Assembly: GCA_045602525.1 (NCBI GenBank)
Contig: JAZSBS010000076.1
Span: 1-44,618 of the forward strand
Direction: 5' to 3'
DNA: 44,618 nucleotides
Source: Acutalibacteraceae bacterium
GTDB lineage: Bacteria; Bacillota; Clostridia; Oscillospirales; Acutalibacteraceae
Shown here: in pieces, positions 36,739 through 44,618 of the stretch
Layout of the letters: the number at the start of each line of letters is the position of its first letter
Numbering within the stretch: the stretch's first letter is position 1
Translations under genes and position numbers: made by a program
Notes under the pieces: generated by a model
Seen by the model: only the letters and a program-made list of their open reading frames with translations
The model's database searches: none
Told to the model about the DNA's origin: nothing

Positions 36739-37155
36739 ATGAAATCCACAAACTGTAACCGCCGTGTAGAATGTGCATTTATTGCTGTTGCCGCAAGTAT
36801 TATTGCGGGTATCGTTGCAGCGATTGCGCAGTTTACCGCTATTATAACCTTGACACCTGTGTTTTATATTGTTGCATTTGGTGTTGCCGTGTTACTTCTT
36901 GCAATATTGTTAGGAATGGCTCCTCAGCTTTGTTCGGTAACACAGCGAAACTATTGTGAATCTAATGTAACGCTACTAACCGTTGGCATTTTGGGTACAA
37001 TATTTACGTCTGTTATACTGCTCGCTGTAGGCTTTGCCGCAACAAGTGTTTTGGGTGCCATATTTGTAGGTTTGCTTGCCGCTTTCTTTACGCTTATGGT
37101 GACATCGGTTGTTTGTACAGTAAACTGCACCACAGATAACTGTTCATACAACTAA
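36739..37155 (+). CDS. Hypothetical 4-TM membrane protein with Cys-containing termini
   Basis: It has four long hydrophobic segments. The N-terminus carries CNRRVEC and the C-terminus CTVNCTTDNC. A terminator follows. Confidence 0.45.
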   Translation: MKSTNCNRRVECAFIAVAASIIAGIVAAIAQFTAIITLTPVFYIVAFGVAVLLLAILLGMAPQLCSVTQRNYCESNVTLLTVGILGTIFTSVILLAVGFAATSVLGAIFVGLLAAFFTLMVTSVVCTVNCTTDNCSYN

Positions 37156-37170
37156 TTAGGACTAATCTTT

Positions 37171-37210
37171 AAAAAAATCCGATTGTGCGTTTGTAACAAT
37201 CGGATTTTTA
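37171..37210 (+). terminator. Intrinsic terminator
   Basis: Hairpin atccgattgt/acaatcggat followed by TTTT. Confidence 0.75.
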
Positions 37211-37276
37211 ACATTTTGTATTATTTGCAAAAAAAGCGGCAAAGATATTATCAGTATTAAAAATGGAGGAATTTTT

Positions 37277-38623
37277 ATGTCTAAAAAATTATTATCTCTT
37301 ATACTTTGCGCAACTTTACTTTTATCGCTACTATCACTTGCGGGCTGTGGTGAAAGAGGTAGTGCTGATGTGTACTTTTTGAATTTTAAACCCGAGTCAG
37401 CAGATGTATATCAGGAAATTGCGAAAAAATACCAAGAGGAAACAGGTGTTTCAGTAAAGGTGGTAACTGCCGCCGCCAACACCTATGAACAGACCTTAAA
37501 ATCAGAGATTGCAAAGCGAGGCGCGCCAACAATTTTTCAGGTTAACGGACCTATAGGTTACCAGTCTTGGAAAGACTATTGCCTCAACATAGAGGGAAGT
37601 GATTTTGCAAAACTGTTAAGTGACGATACGCTTGCTATTCGTGATGCAGAAGGTAACGGCATTTATGCTGTACCTTACGTAGTAGAAGGCTATGGAATTA
37701 TTTATAACAATGCGGTTATGAAAAAGTATTTTGCGTTAACAGACAAAGCCACCAATATCAATAGAGCAGATGAGATTAATAGCTTTGAAACACTTAAAGC
37801 TGTGGTCCAAGATATGACCACTCATAAGAATGAACTTGGAATAAAGGGTGTATTTGCCTCAACTTCACTTTCAAGCGGTGAGGATTGGCGTTGGCAGACA
37901 CATCTGCTTAATGTACCGCTTTATTACGAGTTTATGGGCAGTGAGGATTATACCGACCCCACAATCGCGGGTCTTAATGCAAAAGAGGTAGCGTTCAGAT
38001 ATGCGACAAACTACAAAAACCTTTTTGACCTATATATAAACAATTCCGTAACCGAAAAGGGATTGCTTGGCTCTAAATCTACAAGTGATTCTATGGCAGA
38101 GTTTGCTCTGTCTCAGGCTGCTATGGTACAAAACGGCAACTGGGCATGGTCGCAGATTAAGGACGTAAACGGCAACACAGTAGCCGAAGATGATATCAAA
38201 TTTTTACCGCTTTATATAGGTGTCGAGGGAGAAGAAAAACAGGGACTTTGCATTGGCACGGAAAATTATCTTGCCATAAACAAAAACGCAAGCGAAGACA
38301 GTCAAAAGAAATCACTTGATTTTTTGTATTGGCTTTTTAGTAGCGACACAGGCAAGGATTACGTAACAAACAAGCTTGATTTTATTACGCCTTTTAACAG
38401 CTTTAGCGAGGACGAGCTTCCGAACGATCCGCTTGCACGTGAGGTGGTTCGCTATATGAATGATGAATATGTTAATACTGTGCCTTGGATATTTACTTCA
38501 TTCCCAAGCGATGTATTTAAAACCGAAGTAGGTGGCGCGTTGCTTGAATATGTGCAGGGCAATAAAGAATGGGTAGAAGTAGAGAACACAGTGAAATCAA
38601 TGTGGAAGAGTGAACGAGAGTGA
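37277..38623 (+). CDS. Sugar ABC transporter substrate-binding lipoprotein
   Basis: Lipobox LSLAGCG. It has family-1 solute-binding protein length and composition. Two MalFG-type permeases follow. Confidence 0.8.
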   Translation: MSKKLLSLILCATLLLSLLSLAGCGERGSADVYFLNFKPESADVYQEIAKKYQEETGVSVKVVTAAANTYEQTLKSEIAKRGAPTIFQVNGPIGYQSWKDYCLNIEGSDFAKLLSDDTLAIRDAEGNGIYAVPYVVEGYGIIYNNAVMKKYFALTDKATNINRADEINSFETLKAVVQDMTTHKNELGIKGVFASTSLSSGEDWRWQTHLLNVPLYYEFMGSEDYTDPTIAGLNAKEVAFRYATNYKNLFDLYINNSVTEKGLLGSKSTSDSMAEFALSQAAMVQNGNWAWSQIKDVNGNTVAEDDIKFLPLYIGVEGEEKQGLCIGTENYLAINKNASEDSQKKSLDFLYWLFSSDTGKDYVTNKLDFITPFNSFSEDELPNDPLAREVVRYMNDEYVNTVPWIFTSFPSDVFKTEVGGALLEYVQGNKEWVEVENTVKSMWKSERE

Positions 38624-39465
38624 GAATAGCCTCTAAAAAATGGCTTGCCGTATTTGTACTACCTACCTTTATCGCGTTTTGCATAGCCTTTTTAGTGCCG
38701 TTTATAATGGGGCTTTATCTGTCGTTTTGTGAATTCAGAACGGTAAGTGACGCACAGTTCGTAGGACTGCAAAACTATATACGGGCGTTTAGCGAAAACG
38801 GTGATTTTATAAATTCGCTGTGGTTTACAGTAAGGTTCGCCTTTACGGCAGTTATAAGCATAAATGTTATAGCTTTTTTATTGGCGTTGTTGCTGACGCG
38901 TGGCATACACGGTACTAATCTGTTTCGCACGGTGTTTTTTATGCCAAACCTTATAGGCGGTATAGTGTTGGGTTATATATGGCAATTAATTATTAACGGT
39001 ATTTTATATAATTACGGATATTCCATCACCTCGAATGCCATCTTTGGCTATTGGGGATTGGTGGTGTTGATGTCTTGGCAGATGATAGGTTATATGATGA
39101 TTATCTACATCGCAGGTATACAAAATATACCCACCGCTATACTTGAGGCGGCACGTGTGGACGGCGCGGGGCCTCTGCGTACATTGTGTAGTATTATAAT
39201 ACCGTCGGTTATGCCTTCGATTACTATTTGCTTGTTTCTTACCATTACCAATTCGTTTAAGCTTTTTGACCAAAATTTAGCCCTTACGGCAGGCGCACCG
39301 TCAAAACAGACACAAATGGTGGCGCTTGATATATACAACACCTTTTACGGAAGGATAGGAAGCGAGGGCGTAGGACAGGCGAAGGCAGTAGTTTTCTTTA
39401 TACTTGTGGCGGCTGTAGCGCTGTTGCAGTTGTATTTTACCCGTAGTCGCGAGGTTGAAAATTGA
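38620..39465 (+). CDS. Carbohydrate ABC transporter permease (MalF-like)
   Basis: Six TM helices and the EAA loop AILEAARVDGAGPLRTL. It is GTGA-coupled to the upstream gene. Confidence 0.8.
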   Translation: MRIASKKWLAVFVLPTFIAFCIAFLVPFIMGLYLSFCEFRTVSDAQFVGLQNYIRAFSENGDFINSLWFTVRFAFTAVISINVIAFLLALLLTRGIHGTNLFRTVFFMPNLIGGIVLGYIWQLIINGILYNYGYSITSNAIFGYWGLVVLMSWQMIGYMMIIYIAGIQNIPTAILEAARVDGAGPLRTLCSIIIPSVMPSITICLFLTITNSFKLFDQNLALTAGAPSKQTQMVALDIYNTFYGRIGSEGVGQAKAVVFFILVAAVALLQLYFTRSREVEN

Positions 39466-40298
39466 TGAAAAAAGTAAGATTTTCAAACATTTTAACATTT
39501 GTATTTTTGATAGGGTTAAGCTTTGTATTTCTAATTCCCATAATAACAGTGCTGACGAATTCTTTTAAAGATAAGTTTTCTATAAGTCAGACACCGTTTG
39601 TGTTTCCAAATTCCGACACCTTTGCAGGTGTTGAAAACTATATAAACGGTGTAAATGATACGGGCTTTATATCGGCATTTTTTTGGTCGTTATTTATAAC
39701 GGTAGCTTCTGTGGCGGTAATTGTTTTGTTTACGTCAATGACCGCTTGGTATATAACCCGAGTTAAAACACGCATAAACCAAGTGCTGTATTACTTGTTT
39801 GTATTTTCAATGATTGTGCCTTTTCAGATGGTTATGTTTACAATGTCAAAGATTGCAAATATATTAAGTCTTGATAATCCATTTGGACTTATTTTAATAT
39901 ATTTAGGTTTTGGTGCAGGGCTTTCGGTATTTATCTTTTCGGGATTTGTAAAGTCAATACCGCAAAGTTTGGAGGAAGCGGCAATTATAGACGGCTGCAA
40001 TACACTGCAGACCTTTTGGCACGTGGTGTTTCCGATTTTAAAGCCTACAGCCATAACGGTTGCTATTCTTAATACAATGTGGATATGGAATGATTATCTT
40101 TTGCCATACCTTGTTATTGGAAGTGATTATAAAACCATACCGATTGCCGTGCAGTATTTAAAGGGTGGATATGGCTCGGTTGATATGGGCGCCATGATGG
40201 CTATGTTGGTGCTTAGCATTGTACCAGTGGTTATATTTTATTTAAGCTGTCAGAAATATATTATAAAGGGTGTGGCCGCCGGTGCCGTTAAGGGATAA
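39465..40298 (+). CDS. Carbohydrate ABC transporter permease (MalG-like)
   Basis: EAA loop LEEAAIIDGCNTLQTF. ATG 39465 overlaps the upstream TGA. Confidence 0.8.
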   Translation: MKKVRFSNILTFVFLIGLSFVFLIPIITVLTNSFKDKFSISQTPFVFPNSDTFAGVENYINGVNDTGFISAFFWSLFITVASVAVIVLFTSMTAWYITRVKTRINQVLYYLFVFSMIVPFQMVMFTMSKIANILSLDNPFGLILIYLGFGAGLSVFIFSGFVKSIPQSLEEAAIIDGCNTLQTFWHVVFPILKPTAITVAILNTMWIWNDYLLPYLVIGSDYKTIPIAVQYLKGGYGSVDMGAMMAMLVLSIVPVVIFYLSCQKYIIKGVAAGAVKG

Positions 40299-41766
40299 AA
40301 AATCAGAAAGATACAGCGGTGTGCTGTGCGCGATTTCTTCGCTGCCGTCAGTTTATGGCATAGGAAGTTTGGGAATAGAAGCCTATAGGTTTGTGGATTT
40401 TTTAAGCGAGGCAAAGCAACATTTTTGGCAGATATTACCGTTAAATCCTTTAGGTGAAGGAAATTCGCCGTACAAATCATCCAGCACCTTTGCGGGCGAA
40501 ATACTTTATATTGACTTGGATTTTTTGGTGCGCGACGGGATTCTTTCGGCAGACGTTATAGGCAGATGTGACTTTGCGCAGAATGTAGATTATAATGCAG
40601 TGCGAAAATTTAAACTGCCGCTACTGCAAAAAGCGGCAGAATGCTTTGACACAAGTAATAAAAATTATAAAAAATTTTTAAATGATAACGATTTTTGGTT
40701 AGATGATTACGCGATTTTCGAAGCGGCACTCAAGGTGTACCAAATACAAAGGCTTACACAACTACCCGACGGCATAAAGTACAGAGTTCCGGATGCTTTA
40801 GAGAAATTTAAAAAGAGTTATGAATGCGAAATAAATTTTTATAAAATAACACAGTATTTCTTTTTCTGTCAATATTATGAGCTAAGACGCTATGCCAACC
40901 AAAAGGGCATAAAAATTATAGGAGATATTCCGTTTTATGTATCACCTGACAGCGCAGATGTTTGGGGAAATCCCGATGACTTTAAGGTTGGTCGTGATTT
41001 TACACCTACGATAGTGGCAGGTGTGCCGCCCGATGTTTTTTCAAAGGACGGTCAGCTGTGGGGAAATCCGATATACAATTGGGAGAATTTAAGACAAAAC
41101 GGATACCGCTGGTGGCTTCTTCGTCTCGGTTTTTGCAGAGATATGTATGATGTACTGCGTATAGACCATTTTCGCGCCTTTGCAAATTATTATCAAATAC
41201 CATACGGCAGTAAAAGTGCGGTAACGGGCGCTTGGGTTTGCGGTGAGGGCGCGGTGTTTTGGGATAAAACACGTGATACAATAGGCGAGATAAATATAAT
41301 TGCCGAGGATTTAGGCGGTGAGGAAGACCCCGATGTAATTTCGCTTTTAAAACATACCGATTTTCCTAATATGAAGATATTACAGTTTGGTTTTACAGGT
41401 GATATGAACAATCCGTTTTTACCGCAAAATTACACATACAATTCGGTGTGCTACACAGGCACGCACGATAACGACACTTCGCTTGGTTGGTATAATTCTG
41501 CCACAACAAAGCAACGAGTTATGTTTAATACAATTGTACGCAATAACGCAAACTGTGTATCACACGATATGATACGCGAGTTATCAAAATCACAGTCAAA
41601 GCTGTGTATAATTCCTATGCAGGATTTATTATGCCTTGACTCGAATGCGCGAATGAATACACCGGGCACAACAAAAGGCAACTGGCAATGGCGTATGAGT
41701 AAGGATGATATAAATAAGGATAATGCAAAACTACTAAAAAAGCTGACAAAAGAGAGAAACAAATAA
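40270..41766 (+). CDS. malQ: 4-alpha-glucanotransferase (amylomaltase)
   Basis: Motifs RYSGVLCAISSLPSVYGIGSLG, FWQILPLNP, RIDHFR and AEDLG are present. The start codon is uncertain (GTG 40270 or GTG 40282). Confidence 0.9.
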   Translation: MWPPVPLRDKKSERYSGVLCAISSLPSVYGIGSLGIEAYRFVDFLSEAKQHFWQILPLNPLGEGNSPYKSSSTFAGEILYIDLDFLVRDGILSADVIGRCDFAQNVDYNAVRKFKLPLLQKAAECFDTSNKNYKKFLNDNDFWLDDYAIFEAALKVYQIQRLTQLPDGIKYRVPDALEKFKKSYECEINFYKITQYFFFCQYYELRRYANQKGIKIIGDIPFYVSPDSADVWGNPDDFKVGRDFTPTIVAGVPPDVFSKDGQLWGNPIYNWENLRQNGYRWWLLRLGFCRDMYDVLRIDHFRAFANYYQIPYGSKSAVTGAWVCGEGAVFWDKTRDTIGEINIIAEDLGGEEDPDVISLLKHTDFPNMKILQFGFTGDMNNPFLPQNYTYNSVCYTGTHDNDTSLGWYNSATTKQRVMFNTIVRNNANCVSHDMIRELSKSQSKLCIIPMQDLLCLDSNARMNTPGTTKGNWQWRMSKDDINKDNAKLLKKLTKERNK

Positions 41767-41790
41767 AACGCCCGTTGCAACGGGCGTTTT
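41766..41790. terminator. Bidirectional terminator
   Basis: Hairpin aaaacgcccgt/acgggcgtttt. Confidence 0.8.
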
Positions 41791-41792
41791 AT

Positions 41793-42509
41793 TTATAGTG
41801 CCTCTATTAATTTTTTTGCTGTCTGATAGCGATTGTCTGGGCTTATATCGGTGCATTTTTTTACAATTTTGCTTGCCTTTCCGCACGCCAATATTTCACT
41901 TGGGTGCTTGCCTGTAAGCATCACGTTAAGTAGCACACCCATAGCATAGATATCTGTTCGCGCATCGCTACCTGTTACACCCAATTGTTCGGGTGAAGCA
42001 TAACCCACAGTACCCATTATAACGGTATCTTTTGTATTTGCCGATACCTTTCGCGATATGTTAAGGTCGATTAAAACAACCCGACCATCATCTGAGATTA
42101 TTATGTTTTCAGGTTTAACATCGCGGTGAACGATGTTGTTTTTGTGCAAAATTTCAAGCGCGTTGCAAACAGAAACAAGCACTCGCTTTGCCCCACGGTA
42201 TCGGTAGATGCCGCTTTTCATAACATCGGCAACCGTTATGCCGCTAATAAACTCTTCTAAAACAATCTGACCGTCGGCAAGTGTTACCGCGTCATATATT
42301 TCGGGTAGGTTTTCGGCATTTATGCCACACAAAATTTCATATGCCGTAACAGACTTGGGGAAACTACGCAGCACTAAATCGCGGTTTAATTGCTTGTGTC
42401 GTAGTCGTAAGACCTTGCAGTCGTTTTTATCGGCAAGTACGCATACCAATCGGTAGATTTCGAGCAGTTTTTCTATGTATTGCCCGCGTGTAAGATTTAA
42501 ACCTTTCAT
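41793..42509 (-). CDS. Hanks-type Ser/Thr kinase-like protein, catalytic domain only (atypical)
   Basis: HRDVKPENI, GTVGYASPE and DIYAMG are intact. DLN stands in place of DFG, and there is no GxGxxG loop. It forms an ATGA overlap with the upstream gene. Confidence 0.7.
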   Translation of the reverse strand: MKGLNLTRGQYIEKLLEIYRLVCVLADKNDCKVLRLRHKQLNRDLVLRSFPKSVTAYEILCGINAENLPEIYDAVTLADGQIVLEEFISGITVADVMKSGIYRYRGAKRVLVSVCNALEILHKNNIVHRDVKPENIIISDDGRVVLIDLNISRKVSANTKDTVIMGTVGYASPEQLGVTGSDARTDIYAMGVLLNVMLTGKHPSEILACGKASKIVKKCTDISPDNRYQTAKKLIEAL

Positions 42510-43537
42510 TTAATTTCGCCGCCGTTCCATTCCTGATATATCGCGCCATATTTGCCTACTATATTTCGGTAATAATAAAACGCAAAGGTTTTACAGTCGC
42601 GAGCGCAATGTATGGTTAGTGTTCCTGTGCGATTTGACACATCGGCAAAGGCGGTTTCAAATATGTTTATAGTTGTACCGCGTAGATATATATCGGTTAG
42701 ATTGTAACAATCTGAAAAAGCGTTTTGCCAAATGGTTTTTACCGTAGAGGGTACAACAACCTTTTTAACTGTACTGCTGATAGCGGCATCGCAAAAGGCA
42801 TTAGGCATAATAGCGCCAACTCTTTTGCCGTCGATTTCTTCGGGTATGTTGTATATTCCATCACTTGCCGCACAAGATACGCCCGTTATAACTATAACAT
42901 CCGTAATCGGCTGCGCGGGAATATTGCCTTCGGTGTAGCAATCGGCGGCAACAGCATCGCGGTAGGTGTAAACTGCCTCGGTTGGCGTGGTGATTTCTTG
43001 ATTGCTATCTTGTTCCTCAGAATTTTGAGTGTTGTTATCATTTTGCTGTGGCTTGGATTGCGAGGGAGTCGTTGTGGTTGTACTGCTTGACGAGCCGCTT
43101 GCATCGCTGCCTTGCGAACTGCTGGCAGATGACGTTTTATTGCCGCTGCTTTCAGGCTCTGTTACTGTGCCGTTACTGTTATTATCTTCGGTGTCAGTTT
43201 TTGATGAACCATCGGTTGCGGTATTTTCATTTGCATCATCACTTGTATTATCGCTTGACAAAATATTGCTTGTATATGACGATGTGTTTACGGGCGTTGT
43301 TTCGCTATATGCCGAGGTATCGCCTGAATTGTTATTTACCTCATTTTTGCTTAAAGCAAATATTGTTATGGTGAAAGCAAATACAAGCAATAAAAAGGCG
43401 GCAAGTACATACAGCCACATTTTGTTATCTTTTTGTTGGTTTTCAATTTTCTCTTTTTCTTGTAAAGGGGACATACAAAACACGCAAAAGCGGGCGTTAT
43501 CCTCTATATCAGCGTGACAAAACGGACATTTTTTCAT
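42506..43537 (-). CDS. Zinc-ribbon / single-TM / Ser-Thr-Asn-rich linker / BspA-type leucine-rich-repeat protein
   Basis: The N-terminus reads CPFC...CVFC, followed by one TM (LYVLAAFLLLVFAFTITIFAL). A low-complexity linker of about 120 aa follows. The C-terminus carries IPxxV..I...AF repeats. Confidence 0.6.
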   Translation of the reverse strand: MKKCPFCHADIEDNARFCVFCMSPLQEKEKIENQQKDNKMWLYVLAAFLLLVFAFTITIFALSKNEVNNNSGDTSAYSETTPVNTSSYTSNILSSDNTSDDANENTATDGSSKTDTEDNNSNGTVTEPESSGNKTSSASSSQGSDASGSSSSTTTTTPSQSKPQQNDNNTQNSEEQDSNQEITTPTEAVYTYRDAVAADCYTEGNIPAQPITDVIVITGVSCAASDGIYNIPEEIDGKRVGAIMPNAFCDAAISSTVKKVVVPSTVKTIWQNAFSDCYNLTDIYLRGTTINIFETAFADVSNRTGTLTIHCARDCKTFAFYYYRNIVGKYGAIYQEWNGGEIK

Positions 43538-43545
43538 TCTTTTAT

Positions 43546-43968
43546 TTACCCCAAAGTATCTAAACCATATTCGTATAATATCTCGTTAATTTCAATTACT
43601 GACAAACCTTTACATATCCCGTAAAGCACAATGCTGTCGAAGGGGAGCTTTACGTAAAGCGGTGAATAACCCGCCGTTTTAAGAAGTGTTTGCATCTGGT
43701 CAATATTAAGCTTCATAGCGATAGCCAGACATAAAAGCTTGTTGCGTTCGGGTACGCGAAGCCCCGAAAAAATCTGATATCCGTAAACCTCACTCATTTC
43801 AGCCGAACGAATAATTTGCGATTTTTTAAGGTTGTGTTTTGTGATTAGTTCATCTAAAAGCTGGGATAAGTCCTTATTAACCATATAATCTTTATTTTCA
43901 TCATAAAAGGTTTTAAAATCGGGGCAGAGCCCTAACTCTTCCACAATTTTTGACGTATCTTTAACCAT
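43546..43968 (-). CDS. XRE-like HTH domain protein (about 140 aa)
   Basis: Start moved to ATG 43968 (MVKDTSK). The HTH-like segment is LKKSQIIRSAEMSEVYGYQIFSG. It is the first gene of the three-gene operon. Confidence 0.55.
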   Translation of the reverse strand: MVKDTSKIVEELGLCPDFKTFYDENKDYMVNKDLSQLLDELITKHNLKKSQIIRSAEMSEVYGYQIFSGLRVPERNKLLCLAIAMKLNIDQMQTLLKTAGYSPLYVKLPFDSIVLYGICKGLSVIEINEILYEYGLDTLG

Positions 43969-44122
43969 TTTCTCACCACATTTCAAACTGTAATCATTAT
44001 AATAAACAAGCCGTGCTTTGTCAACTTTCAACAAAACACGGCATTTTTCTTTTTTTATGCTGACAGCATAAGACTTTTTTGAATTAATGTATTACATTTA
44101 ACACAAGAACGGGGGTAACCAA

Positions 44123-44380
44123 ATGGAAAAAATCATAAGTAAACTGTTTTCTGATTATCTTTCTGAGCAAAACATAGCATCCGAACCGGTCTATTCTTCT
44201 CTCGCAAAGGGCGCATTAGAAAAAGAAAAAGAACTCAGAAACAAGCTAAACGAGGAACAAACAAACTGTTTTGAAGAATTGTTTGAACTGACGTCACAAA
44301 TACATTTTTTAGAGGTTAAGGATGCGTTTTTTAGCGCCTGTAAATTAGGGGCCAAAGCCTCAAAAGAATTTATTACTTAA
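44123..44380 (+). CDS. Small hypothetical helical protein (85 aa)
   Basis: GGGGG RBS. It resembles small proteins often found beside XRE regulators on Firmicute mobile elements, as I recall them. Confidence 0.4.
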   Translation: MEKIISKLFSDYLSEQNIASEPVYSSLAKGALEKEKELRNKLNEEQTNCFEELFELTSQIHFLEVKDAFFSACKLGAKASKEFIT

Positions 44381-44615
44381 GTTCTTGTTCGAGTTTTTTA
44401 TATTCGGGTGTATCAAAAAATTCCATTACGGTAATTTCAAGCCCATCACAAATCTTTTTAAGGGTTACTATACCGGGATTTTTGCTCTCGCCATTCAAAA
44501 TGCTTTTAATGGTAGCTTGCGGAATACCGCACATGTAGCTCAGAGCATTCGGTGTAATTTTACGCTCGCGACAAAGCTCATAAATTCTGTTAACTGTAAA
44601 TTCGCAAATCCCCAT
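44373..44615 (-). CDS. XRE-family HTH transcriptional regulator (80 aa)
   Basis: The HTH reads ITPNALSYMCGIPQATIKSILNG. The start codon lies 3 nt from the window end, so the upstream context is not visible. Confidence 0.7.
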   Translation of the reverse strand: MGICEFTVNRIYELCRERKITPNALSYMCGIPQATIKSILNGESKNPGIVTLKKICDGLEITVMEFFDTPEYKKLEQELK

Positions 44616-44618
44616 ACT

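Noticed and set aside
43029-43517. Plus-strand ORFs of 162 aa and 108 aa, antisense to the Ser/Thr/Asn-rich linker of the LRR protein
   Set aside because: They arise from low-complexity codon bias on the opposite strand. They have no RBS and no recognisable domains.
43969-44034. A 22-aa N-terminal extension of the HTH protein (MLKVDKARLVYYNDYSLKCGEK)
   Set aside because: The first codon is non-ATG with no RBS. ATG 43968 is preceded by GGTGAG and gives a sensible N-terminus.

Overview
This window looks like a chromosomal segment from a low-to-moderate GC Firmicute, probably Clostridia. That call rests on GGAGG-type ribosome binding sites, a T-box leader, YfhO, and a SipW-like peptidase. I support about 47 protein-coding genes, one tRNA-Trp-type T-box leader, about a dozen intrinsic terminators, and several sigma-A-like promoters. 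I found no rRNA, tRNA, CRISPR array, transposase or integrase. Most genes are housekeeping: the tail of a microcompartment-type aldehyde dehydrogenase/pduL locus, tex, sufC/sufBD-like, rfbDBC plus a GT2, secDF, alaS, pepP-like, and a sugar ABC transporter plus malQ. The best candidate for an undescribed system is the translationally coupled operon at about 19.35-23.8 kb. It encodes a YfhO-family membrane protein, a PqqD-like (RiPP-recognition-element fold) protein, a TM-less Ser/His S26-type peptidase, and a class-A beta-lactamase-like lipoprotein whose SxxK motif reads CxxK. No known RiPP maturase or precursor is nearby. Other items worth a second look: (1) inverted arrays of RTGMATT heptamers flanking a small XRE gene, each upstream of an extended -10 promoter. 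(2) A three-gene operon that looks like a split LRR-receptor/kinase (HTH, Zn-ribbon-TM-LRR, kinase with DFG changed to DLN). (3) A ParA plus minimal ParB-N-domain pair. (4) An orphan T-box(Trp)-controlled trpB with an unusual GAPK active-site motif. (5) Two possible small structured RNAs. All functional calls come from motif recognition by eye and from memory of protein families. No searches were run.
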